In this document: one piece after another, positions 47,179 to 56,425 of the stretch | Numbering within the stretch: position 1 is the first letter of the stretch | How the letters are laid out: each line of letters starts with the position of its first letter | DNA from: a virus | Virus record (IMG/VR): IMGVR_UViG_3300032070_000613 | Span: 64,001 to 128,000 of that record | DNA: 64,000 nucleotides | Direction: 5' to 3' (one strand) | Position numbers and translations under genes: made by a program | Notes under the pieces: generated by a model | Told to the model about the DNA's origin: nothing | What the model saw: the letters and a program-made list of their open reading frames with translations, nothing else | Databases searched by the model: none

Positions 47179-50100
47179 ATGGCAGATTATTTTGGTGATC
47201 AGCAAAACAGGGTGCTCAGCGTTACTCAGCGTAGTCTGGATAACGTGGTTTTTCAATATCGAAAGCCTCCGCTGACTTCCGAATGGAATCTCATTAATCA
47301 GATCAGCAATGAAAAAATACAGGAGATCACTAAAGCTTCATATCCATCGGGATGGATGACGGTCGGTGAAATTTTACAGGATTGGTCTGAGAGTGACGTA
47401 CAGACAGGACAGGTCAATTGTTCCGCGACATATACGGCTAATAGTTTTAAATTGTTCTCTAAAAAAGATAACGTGGCTATCGTAAATGGATGGCCTCTCC
47501 TGATAGAGGGGACGAATTCGCCGGATTCGAATAATATTATTACGCTGGGGACTCCTGCGGGGCAGCTTTATGATTTTGTATTTCTAGAGGTATGGAGAAA
47601 ACTAGTAGGGAAAGATGATCCGATATATCCCTGCGGCAATGTTTTGTCAAATCCTTATTCTGATAATGAAATAGAATGGCCTGCCATAGGTACTGAGACT
47701 ACAAAGAGAGTGCAGCTCCAATATCGGATTCGAGTAACGGGTATAAATAGTCCGGTAAATCCTACTCATGACGGTTTTGATATAGAAGATATCCATCCTG
47801 TAGGTGGTAGGACAGATGGAGAATATACACCATATAAATTTGCAAAATATGGCGCATCTGATATTGGTCTGTATATCTCTGGTGATGGGTCGAGTACGAG
47901 TCAAACTGTTTTGAATACTGTCGATGGCTATGTGTATGCTATCCCGATGCTCATGGTGTGCCGTCGTCAGAAATGGGATGATATTTTTACAGCGTCTACG
48001 ATGCGTCGGACATTTGTAGATAAAGCGGGGCTAGTAGATGGATATGTCCCTGACCGTCCTGACGGTGCCCTAGCGGATGTGATCTATAAAGATGATATCG
48101 TAGATTTCAGACATAAAGTTTTGAGCTCCGGTAAAGATGTGGAGATGCTGCTGGATCAGACAGTATCCAAACTGGTAGCTGGAGAGCTCACTACGGCTGT
48201 GAAAAGAGGTTTTGGTACTGATGGTGATACGAATATTACTGCTAGTATAGGTGGTGGGACTCTCACTAAAGTAGAATGCTTAAATGCTAGCTCTGGGATA
48301 CCTACTATAGGTACTGGTAGTGGGACTACTGATTATGATTTTAAGCGTAGAGTTTTCTCTAATGCGGAATATACACACGATCATAATGTGATCAGAGTCC
48401 CTGTAAATGGATCTGGTGTGTGGGCTGTCGGTACTTTTTCAGTAGCATCTGTTTTGTCTACCGCTCCTACAGGGACAGTGGTGTCTGTTGATGGTTTTTA
48501 TATGCCTGATGAGAGCAGTCCTATTCCTACGGGGGTCACTGCTACTGCAACTACTATCACTATAGCGAATACCGGTATAAACCCCATTGTGGGTTCTTCT
48601 AAGAAACTCATGATGGAATTTACGTTTAAATATGACTCATCGAGTGCAGGATTTAAAGATGTACCGCGGGAGTTTTTGGAGGCGGGTAAAGGTACCCTCC
48701 TCCCGATAGCTACATGGGATAATGACGTCCCGCTGCGTTTCAATAATGGTGGATATCTCCTGAATTACGGTCTCAATCCTGGGCTGCATCTCCCGGGTAA
48801 AACAGATCCGAGAGATTTTTTGAGATATAAAGGCGGTAACTACACTGAAAATTCCGCATTTGGTCATGAGATGGTAGTATATCGTACTACAAACGGGTCC
48901 GGTATAGTCATTATTAATTTGTCTGATAGTAAATATAATGGCTATCATATTTTGGGTGTGAAATCCATAGAGCCGGAGAACACGCCAGGCACCTACTATC
49001 TACCAGTAGATTTCACAGTACAGAGGGTCCTTACTACCAGTAGCCCATATGTGATCGAATTGTATAGTATCGCTACGGTATTATACCCTAATAGAAATGT
49101 AAGAATTGTACTTTATGTTGGTAGCAAAATCCCTGATGATTATGATTTCGACAAAGTTACTCGAATACCTCATACTGACTCTTTAAAATTTTTCGAACTG
49201 TCTAAACAAGGTAAAGGAGTGATCGATACTTATGAAGTGATAGAAGCTGTAGGCTCTGAGAATCCTTTATCCTCAGGTGTTTTCTGGATAGATACGGGAG
49301 ATAAACCCATAATCGCGCTGCTCACAAAGGCAGTAGCATCAACTCCGACTACGCAGCCTATTGTTGGATCTCCTTTTGTTTGGAAATATGATAGCACAGC
49401 TTTTTCCGTATCTATAAATAATCCTATGATTAATCAGGAAATACCAGTGTTGGTTTCCTCGGTTTATACATCCTCGTTGATGCCTACAAAGATGGCGATT
49501 ACAATTTCTACAGAAGCCGGTAATCCGTCCGGAAGAATACGTGTACCTTTATTGGTACATAGCTATGTCACTCAGACTGAGACCCCCTATAATTTCTTTT
49601 ATAAGACGAATGCTTATCAGGGGCTACTCGATAGCGGCACGGCGTACTATGGTAAAGTCATAAAAGAGGGTCCTGCGATAATAACGACGTTGGGATCTGG
49701 TGCGGTGTCTAATTATACCTATGCGACAGTGGGTAAAGCAATTTTTCAATCATCTAGTAGGACTGTAGCGGGAGTCATATATAGCGGTAGTCTGCCTAAG
49801 TGGACAGCTTATGTAAGAGCCGGTGACTATATCCATCAAGCGGCTAGCAGTCAATACTATCGTATTTTGTCTGTGGACAGCGATATTCAATTGACTCTGG
49901 CAGAAACATTTGTAGGTAGTGGCGGGACGCCGGTAAATTATGAAATAATACGGATAGATGTCCCCCACGATAACATTTCGAACGTAGTCGATCGTCTGCC
50001 TGCATTGAATATAACAGCTTTGACCACTGATGACTTGGTAGACTACCGGTGCTATTCGGATAATTTTTTCACTAGCCCTTTTTTCTTTCATGGTATATAT

Positions 50101-50508
50101 CTCACTCAACCAAAACAGAAAATGCAGGACCCTCTGAATACTCTGACTAATGATTTTGTTTTGGGATCCAGTAGTACGAGTAAGAGGGGTAGAAATAATT
50201 TCCTTTTGACTAACGGCCAGAATAGTATATTCAAATTATCTGATACGCCTCGACCTCAGATACTGTACGAATATGCAATAAATTTGCCGGAGTCGGGTCA
50301 CAACAGAAAAGTCTATCAGATATATCTATTCAATCAATCTGCGAAAGATACTGGGGAGTCTGATCTAACGGGTAGACTCTATCTCATGGTAATCAGCGGT
50401 GAGACAAAACCCGTAGATCCGACCGAGACATCCCTGAATGGATTTTTTAATAGAGATACTGTAGATATTTATGAACTCGTGGGCAGACCGATCATTAAAA
50501 TGGGATGA
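47179..50508 (+). CDS. DUF4815-like baseplate/fibre-attachment protein, paralog of 14148..18581
   Basis: Shared blocks VFQ..KP.L.SE.NL, VNGWP, VFLEVWR, ETTKRVQ.QYRIR, DGY..AIPM, RPDG, and a C-terminal Y.LV.RP. Confidence 0.75.
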   Translation: MADYFGDQQNRVLSVTQRSLDNVVFQYRKPPLTSEWNLINQISNEKIQEITKASYPSGWMTVGEILQDWSESDVQTGQVNCSATYTANSFKLFSKKDNVAIVNGWPLLIEGTNSPDSNNIITLGTPAGQLYDFVFLEVWRKLVGKDDPIYPCGNVLSNPYSDNEIEWPAIGTETTKRVQLQYRIRVTGINSPVNPTHDGFDIEDIHPVGGRTDGEYTPYKFAKYGASDIGLYISGDGSSTSQTVLNTVDGYVYAIPMLMVCRRQKWDDIFTASTMRRTFVDKAGLVDGYVPDRPDGALADVIYKDDIVDFRHKVLSSGKDVEMLLDQTVSKLVAGELTTAVKRGFGTDGDTNITASIGGGTLTKVECLNASSGIPTIGTGSGTTDYDFKRRVFSNAEYTHDHNVIRVPVNGSGVWAVGTFSVASVLSTAPTGTVVSVDGFYMPDESSPIPTGVTATATTITIANTGINPIVGSSKKLMMEFTFKYDSSSAGFKDVPREFLEAGKGTLLPIATWDNDVPLRFNNGGYLLNYGLNPGLHLPGKTDPRDFLRYKGGNYTENSAFGHEMVVYRTTNGSGIVIINLSDSKYNGYHILGVKSIEPENTPGTYYLPVDFTVQRVLTTSSPYVIELYSIATVLYPNRNVRIVLYVGSKIPDDYDFDKVTRIPHTDSLKFFELSKQGKGVIDTYEVIEAVGSENPLSSGVFWIDTGDKPIIALLTKAVASTPTTQPIVGSPFVWKYDSTAFSVSINNPMINQEIPVLVSSVYTSSLMPTKMAITISTEAGNPSGRIRVPLLVHSYVTQTETPYNFFYKTNAYQGLLDSGTAYYGKVIKEGPAIITTLGSGAVSNYTYATVGKAIFQSSSRTVAGVIYSGSLPKWTAYVRAGDYIHQAASSQYYRILSVDSDIQLTLAETFVGSGGTPVNYEIIRIDVPHDNISNVVDRLPALNITALTTDDLVDYRCYSDNFFTSPFFFHGIYLTQPKQKMQDPLNTLTNDFVLGSSSTSKRGRNNFLLTNGQNSIFKLSDTPRPQILYEYAINLPESGHNRKVYQIYLFNQSAKDTGESDLTGRLYLMVISGETKPVDPTETSLNGFFNRDTVDIYELVGRPIIKMG

Positions 50509-50511
50509 AAA

Positions 50512-51660
50512 ATGATATCAACAAAAAATGTATGCAATGTTTTGAGAATGGTGTCTGCTGGAAAAGATCCTGCCGATCCAGGGCAAGCTCCGGGGATCCT
50601 TTCTGTCTCAAGGCCTATAGAGAAAAGCTATGTCCTCTATATGTATTATGCTCCAGAGGATAAAGCTATTGATTTCAAAAACATTTCAAATGATCTAGAA
50701 AATTCTGCGAAAAGCGATGCTCTTGTACAGAAACTTGAGAGCAAAGGTGAAAAAGGTATAACGGAGTTTAGCGCGGGATATTTCTCTTGGAGAAAAGTAG
50801 TCGTAGTAACGAATAAATACGACCAAACTAAAAAAAATTACATAGTTTACTCAGCGGATGTAGATAATATGGGTAAAATTATACCAGGCAAAGAAGAAAT
50901 AACCCCGGACACTAAATATCCTACGACAGATGAAATCAAAAACACGTTTAACATTTTTAAAGATGGTGTTCTGAACATACAGACTGATTCTCCAGGCAGC
51001 TATGAGGTCTATTATTTCAATGGAGATCCTCAGGCAAATATCGTACAGCGTCTATTGGCGAAACCTGAGGAGGCTACCAGGGGTGAGCGTTACAATGATT
51101 TTGTGAAGAAAATGGATCAGTTTAGGATTTGGACGGGAAATGGACTTATTAGACCTGATTTCCGTAAATCTAGAAATGATGGAGTAAAAGGGAATTATTA
51201 CCCAGGCGGTAAGGATGCTTTTAACGAAATGATTCTATCGCAGGTTAAAAATAAAAAGAAGAAAACTCTTTTTAAACCCTATGAGCCTGAAAATCCGTCT
51301 CTGGGTGAAAAGGTGGAGGAGAAAGAAGAGAAATCTATTTTCGAGCCTGTGACGAGAAGTACCGAACCCGTAAAGGGGGATTATCTGGATACGCCCTCGC
51401 AAGGAGTAAAAATGGCCAATAAAAAATCCGTACGTAATGTGATGTTCGCCTATCTGAAAGACGCCGCCTATAGTACAGTGACTCCTGGTACGACTACTCA
51501 AATGCAAGGTATGCCAAAACCGGGTGAGATGGTATCACCAATGACTACGGATACTGTTAAAAATAAAAGAGAATTTGAAAAAAGGAATAAGGCTATCGAG
51601 GATATGAAGAAAAGAATGAGTCCGACGACTACCGGAACCGGCACTCCTGGCAAATATTAA
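50512..51660 (+). CDS. Hypothetical protein (possibly an internal head protein) with an in-frame internal start at 51412
   Basis: Charged/low-complexity C-terminal half; AAGGAG-N5-ATG at 51401-51414. Confidence 0.6.
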   Translation: MISTKNVCNVLRMVSAGKDPADPGQAPGILSVSRPIEKSYVLYMYYAPEDKAIDFKNISNDLENSAKSDALVQKLESKGEKGITEFSAGYFSWRKVVVVTNKYDQTKKNYIVYSADVDNMGKIIPGKEEITPDTKYPTTDEIKNTFNIFKDGVLNIQTDSPGSYEVYYFNGDPQANIVQRLLAKPEEATRGERYNDFVKKMDQFRIWTGNGLIRPDFRKSRNDGVKGNYYPGGKDAFNEMILSQVKNKKKKTLFKPYEPENPSLGEKVEEKEEKSIFEPVTRSTEPVKGDYLDTPSQGVKMANKKSVRNVMFAYLKDAAYSTVTPGTTTQMQGMPKPGEMVSPMTTDTVKNKREFEKRNKAIEDMKKRMSPTTTGTGTPGKY

Positions 51661-51729
51661 TGGGAAAACTTCGATTTTTGGAAAAATAAATTTATTTGAA
51701 AAACGTATAGCATTTTTTGAAAAAATTAC

Positions 51730-51758
51730 TTTATTTTTGGCGTCCACGATAGTATATT
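51730..51758 (+). promoter_or_regulatory. Possible sigma70-type promoter for the replication module (TTTATT-17-TATATT)
   Basis: Lies in the longest intergenic gap, AT-rich upstream; good -10, weak -35. Confidence 0.35.
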
Positions 51759-51839
51759 GAAAAAACGCCGAGCGGTCGCCGACCTATTCCGAGTAGGGCT
51801 GCGGCTGAAGTTTTTGGAACTATACCCAGGGATTTCCTG

Positions 51840-53588
51840 ATGGGATTTGCTGAAAAGCCCTCCAATGCTGCTTTTCTGCTACAGTTGCGGCAGAGTAAAA
51901 AAGCGGCCCTCAAACCCTGCCCTCTCCTGAAATCCTCCACGGTACTGCGTACCTATCAGGTTGTCGGATGCATACATCTCATATCTCTGTCCAGGATGGT
52001 CCTGGGAGACGGAACCGGACTCGGAAAAACGATTTGCGGAATCGCTGCCTATGCATATCTCCTACAGAAAGACCCTACATTAAAATTACTCGTAGTCACC
52101 CCCAAATCCGCTATGGATCAATGGGCTGAAGAATTCGATAAATTTTCGTCAGGTATCACTACCCACGTACTATCCAACGTGTACGGTAAAATAAAGGGCA
52201 AGGATGAATACGGGCATGTGAAGCTACTCGAGGAGAGGGGCACTCCCTACACGATCCTACGGGGCTTCCAGGCGCGTCAGGCGCAATACAATACGGTCTC
52301 AGCTCACGTGCTGATCTGCAACTACAATGCCGTCATGGATGATTACGTTTTTCTGATACAAAACCGTATGCCGAATTATATGGTGATCCTGGATGAAATA
52401 CAGGCTATAAAAAACCATAAATCCCAAACTCATTTTGGCGCGAATGAAATAGCCCAGTCCGCTAAACGTGTGTATGGCCTCAGCGCTACTCTGATAAAAA
52501 ATAAACTGGAAGAAGCCTATAACATATACAACGTCGTAGTGCCAGGACTTTTCGGGGGAAGAAATAAATTTCTGGCTGAGTATACCGTCCGTAAAAAGAT
52601 GGTGATTTTCAGAAAGGGTAAAAGAAGACGATTTAATAAAATTGTGGGATACCAAAATCTTAAAAAATTCAAAGACGTCATAGAGCCTTTTTTCCTCATT
52701 CGACGCACCCGTGAGGTCGCGGATGAACTCCCTCGCCTCATATCGAAAAAACTCATATTGGAATGCACCAAAGAGCAGGACGCTCTCTATAAACTGGCCC
52801 TGAGTGGAGAGCTCTATAAACGTCTGATCAAGGACAAGTTTTTCAAATACGACAAGTATATGTCAGGCAACAGCTCCCCTACGACAAAAGAACTGGAAAC
52901 TCTGGAAAAACTCCGTGAGAAATATGATGAGTCCCTGACGAAAGATGGGATGCAGAAAAATAAAATAGCGGGGCTGTCCTACTGTCAGATGGTGAGTAAC
53001 GGACCGGGATGGATACATGAACCGGGAGAGAGTTCGAAAGAGACTGAGTTCTCAAGACTTTTCGAGCAGGAACTGATGGGGGAGAAAGTCATAGTATTCA
53101 GCAGGTTTAAATCCGGCATCCCCCGTCTGGAAAAAATATTGGACGGACTGGACGAACCAGCTAAACACGTGAAAATCACTGGGGATGACACGTCAGACGA
53201 ACGTAATATCGCCAAAAAAATATTCCAGGACACGGAGAGCGGCGTCAATGTGATTTTTATCACGCAGGCAGGATCCGCGGCTATCAATCTGCAGGCCGCT
53301 AAAATAATCCTGTTCTATGACACTCCATGGTCCTATGGAGACCTGTATCAAACCATAGGACGTGCCCAACGCATAGGCAGCGTGTATGAGCACATATGTC
53401 TCATGCACATGATAAATAGAGATACTATAGACGAGCATGTTTTAAGGATCCTGGAATCAAAAAAGAGCCTGATCAATGAAGTCATGGGAGATATCGCTGA
53501 GGGTGCTATCGAGTTTAAAGATGATGCAATATTGTTTAAGGACGAAGAAAGTTCTATAGACGCTTTATATTCTTCGGTTTTTGGATAG
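51840..53588 (+). CDS. SNF2-family helicase/ATPase
   Basis: GDGTGLGKT, LDEIQ, LSATLIKN, KVIVFS, INLQAA, QTIGRAQRIG. Confidence 0.93.
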   Translation: MGFAEKPSNAAFLLQLRQSKKAALKPCPLLKSSTVLRTYQVVGCIHLISLSRMVLGDGTGLGKTICGIAAYAYLLQKDPTLKLLVVTPKSAMDQWAEEFDKFSSGITTHVLSNVYGKIKGKDEYGHVKLLEERGTPYTILRGFQARQAQYNTVSAHVLICNYNAVMDDYVFLIQNRMPNYMVILDEIQAIKNHKSQTHFGANEIAQSAKRVYGLSATLIKNKLEEAYNIYNVVVPGLFGGRNKFLAEYTVRKKMVIFRKGKRRRFNKIVGYQNLKKFKDVIEPFFLIRRTREVADELPRLISKKLILECTKEQDALYKLALSGELYKRLIKDKFFKYDKYMSGNSSPTTKELETLEKLREKYDESLTKDGMQKNKIAGLSYCQMVSNGPGWIHEPGESSKETEFSRLFEQELMGEKVIVFSRFKSGIPRLEKILDGLDEPAKHVKITGDDTSDERNIAKKIFQDTESGVNVIFITQAGSAAINLQAAKIILFYDTPWSYGDLYQTIGRAQRIGSVYEHICLMHMINRDTIDEHVLRILESKKSLINEVMGDIAEGAIEFKDDAILFKDEESSIDALYSSVFG

Positions 53589-53610
53589 TTTGCAATAGTT
53601 TGAGGAAAAA

Positions 53611-54324
53611 ATGTCCGCTGAAAAGATACCGTGTCCCTACTGCAAAGGGGCGTTATTTATAAATACGGGATATACAGAGAAAATCCAAAATGGACGACTC
53701 ACTCTTTATCCATTTGCCCAACCCTGCTACTGTGAGCTGAATCATTCTATAGGTAAAAAATTCGGGATGCTCTATGCACTCCCAGACGCTACTCCTGAGG
53801 ACTCCGAGGCAGTCCACAAAAAATATAATGAGAAAGGTAAAAATAAAGGCAATTTTATTTTTTACGGTGATGAGCCTGCTTTTCGATATACTGTCAAGAG
53901 CTATTTCTTGAAAGGGTTCACGCATAGCAGCTATGAACTGCTCGAGGGCGTGAATATCGTAGATAAATATAATCGCCCCGACTCCGACACCGGCGCACGT
54001 TTATCCATAGGGCTACTAGATCAGTATGATCTGGTCGTCATACTTTTCACGTCGAGGTCAGAGCCCCCTACCCTGAAAGCCTGCGTAGCGGATGTCGTGA
54101 AAAACAGGCTGAGGATAGAGCGTCCCACGTGGATATATGCTCCGGATAAAACTTTAGATACTACAAAGGAGTACAGCAAAGATCTGGCACCTTTTCTGGA
54201 AACGTTTTTGTATGTGGAGATAGGATCGACGACCTATGCTGGTTTTTCCAACGGTGACTCTGAAAAAGTAAAGAACCAGAAAGCCCGTGAATTACAGGAC
54301 GCTCTGGGGAGTTTAAAACGATGA
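53611..54324 (+). CDS. DnaC/IstB-like helicase loader, Zn-finger, apparently lacking Walker A
   Basis: CPYC...CYC; NFIFYG; YDLVVI; VVKNR....PTWI; directly upstream of dnaB. Confidence 0.55.
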   Translation: MSAEKIPCPYCKGALFINTGYTEKIQNGRLTLYPFAQPCYCELNHSIGKKFGMLYALPDATPEDSEAVHKKYNEKGKNKGNFIFYGDEPAFRYTVKSYFLKGFTHSSYELLEGVNIVDKYNRPDSDTGARLSIGLLDQYDLVVILFTSRSEPPTLKACVADVVKNRLRIERPTWIYAPDKTLDTTKEYSKDLAPFLETFLYVEIGSTTYAGFSNGDSEKVKNQKARELQDALGSLKR

Positions 54325-55868
54325 CAGAACTAGATACCATTTTCAGATCTATAGTAAATTTCCGTAACGCTAAAAATGAAGAGACGGTCTCTCAAAAAGA
54401 TCTGCTCAAGAATTTCAGGGCACTCCAGCAGATAGTGCCGGAGCCCCCGGAGGAGAACGTCTATAAAATCCTGTATTATTTCATATGGGACTATGTAAAA
54501 TCCAGTGACACTGAAGAGACCGAGCTGCCCTCATATGAATTTATCAGGAATCATTTTCAGGTCAAAGAAGGGAACGAAGCTGTCGTAGGAGTGCTGGATA
54601 GGATCAAAAGCCAGCAGCCCTATGTAGGTCAGGACTATAGAAAAATATTACGGTCATATAATAAAGATCAGAATGCCCTGAAATTAGAAAGAGTGCTGAG
54701 TAACTCAGGGAAAATAGCTTCGACAGGGATGGAAATAGGGCACGGCAAAAACAAAGTCAGATTAGAAGGGGTCCTGGATGCGATAAGCTATTTCGCCCGA
54801 GAGACGAAGGACCTCCAAAGGAGTATCACTCATATAAAGACTGAGTCTCAGATAGTCAGTGATGAGGACTCCAATGAGGTCATAGCTGAATATAAAAAAG
54901 CGGAGGCGGATCCCACTGAAGGTATCGGTATCAATACGTGGCTCAGAGAAATAGATGATGATACCAACGGTTTAAAAAATAACGAACTCATGATGGTCAT
55001 GGCATATACGGGTCACTGTAAAACCACTTTTTCGATGAATATGGCCTATAGGGCTCTCTATGGTGGCTGGAATACCGCCTATGTGACATTAGAGATGTCG
55101 TTTGATGAAATACGCAGGCATATGTTTACTCTGCACTCCTGTAACCCCCGGTTTAAAGAAAAATATCCAATATATAAAGACCTAGTAGGTAATATCTCCT
55201 ATAATGATGTGCTATACGGCCATCTGCATGATGATGAAAGAAAATATTGGTATGAGATATGCAAAGATTTTAATAAAGCCTATAGTGAAGAAGCTGATAA
55301 ATACGGCAGGCTTTTTGTCTGGAGGCCTGAAAAAACGATCACTACCGTATCTGATATAGAGTTTAAACTCAGGACCTATCAGCAAGAGTTGCAGATGATG
55401 GGTCGGAATCTGGAGTTTGTGATCATCGATTATATCAGCCTGATGGGAGCTGATAAAGAGGAGCGTACGAGGGACCCGAATGAAACTACAAATAATATCA
55501 TAAAGTCCCTCAAGCAGCTGTGCCTCACGTTTAATAATGGTAAAGGTATCCGTATTCTGTCTCCCCACCAGGCGAATCGTGAGAGCTACAAAGAGGCCAG
55601 GAAAAATGAGGGACTATATAATCTGACCGGTATGTCCAATGCTCATGAGGCTGAGCGCTCCTGCGATATAGTCATATCCATTTACAAATTTGATGAGGAT
55701 GGAGATAATAATCGTTTGAAATTCTGCTGTCTGAAAAACCGCAGGAACAAACATTTCAGGCCCTTTGATGCGTGCATAGATTTTGAGTCCGGGTTCATTT
55801 ACAACTATGCTCATGCTATAGAGCAGTCGGACAGCCTGGTAGATGTCAGCGCGGTGGTGAAAGCATGA
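54321..55868 (+). CDS. dnaB: DnaB-like replicative helicase
   Basis: IDDDTNGL, AYTGHCKT (variant Walker A), VTLEMS, VIIDYISL, PHQANR, ERSCD, KNR. Confidence 0.88.
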   Translation: MTELDTIFRSIVNFRNAKNEETVSQKDLLKNFRALQQIVPEPPEENVYKILYYFIWDYVKSSDTEETELPSYEFIRNHFQVKEGNEAVVGVLDRIKSQQPYVGQDYRKILRSYNKDQNALKLERVLSNSGKIASTGMEIGHGKNKVRLEGVLDAISYFARETKDLQRSITHIKTESQIVSDEDSNEVIAEYKKAEADPTEGIGINTWLREIDDDTNGLKNNELMMVMAYTGHCKTTFSMNMAYRALYGGWNTAYVTLEMSFDEIRRHMFTLHSCNPRFKEKYPIYKDLVGNISYNDVLYGHLHDDERKYWYEICKDFNKAYSEEADKYGRLFVWRPEKTITTVSDIEFKLRTYQQELQMMGRNLEFVIIDYISLMGADKEERTRDPNETTNNIIKSLKQLCLTFNNGKGIRILSPHQANRESYKEARKNEGLYNLTGMSNAHEAERSCDIVISIYKFDEDGDNNRLKFCCLKNRRNKHFRPFDACIDFESGFIYNYAHAIEQSDSLVDVSAVVKA

Positions 55869-56410
55869 AAGACTTATCGAGTCTCATAGAGCATATAAAA
55901 AATAACGTGTCCCTGCGGGACATGCTGGTCGCTAAAAATCGTATACGAGGCGGTCTCTCGGAGGAGCAGTTTTCGTGTCCGTTCCATGGAGCGGATAGAA
56001 AGAAAAGCGCCAGATATTACAAGCATACTGATACGGCGTATTGCTGGGTGTGCAAAGAGAAATGGGACGTCATATCCTACACCCAAAAAGATGAGGAGAT
56101 GTCTTTTGCTCAGGCTATAAATTATCTGATCAGAGAGTATAGGATAGATATCTCGAAGCTACCTGACGCCCCGGAGGCTGAGGCAGAGAGGATAAAAGCT
56201 AAAGATGTAATAAAGATAGATGCCAGGAAATTGAGTGTGGAAAAATTGTCTCAGGCTATACAGGCGGTGCGGGATGAGGTCCCCGCAGTCACCTATGATA
56301 AATTTGTTTATACGTATATGATGCTCAAATATATAGTGCCTGATGAGAAATTTACGGAGACGTTCGGGAAATTTAAAGAGGCGATGCTGCGGATTTTTAA
56401 TAAAAAATAA
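55865..56410 (+). CDS. Stand-alone CHC2 primase zinc-finger protein (no TOPRIM domain)
   Basis: CPFH..DRKKS...YCWVC...DVISY...MSFAQAI; only 181 aa. Confidence 0.85.
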   Translation: MKDLSSLIEHIKNNVSLRDMLVAKNRIRGGLSEEQFSCPFHGADRKKSARYYKHTDTAYCWVCKEKWDVISYTQKDEEMSFAQAINYLIREYRIDISKLPDAPEAEAERIKAKDVIKIDARKLSVEKLSQAIQAVRDEVPAVTYDKFVYTYMMLKYIVPDEKFTETFGKFKEAMLRIFNKK

Positions 56411-56425
56411 CATGGGGATCAAATT

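Noticed and set aside
51757-51840. 27-codon TTG-initiated uORF and GC-rich hairpin before the SNF2 gene
   Set aside because: There is no SD, the TTG overlaps the putative -10 box, and the hairpin matches no RNA family I recognise.
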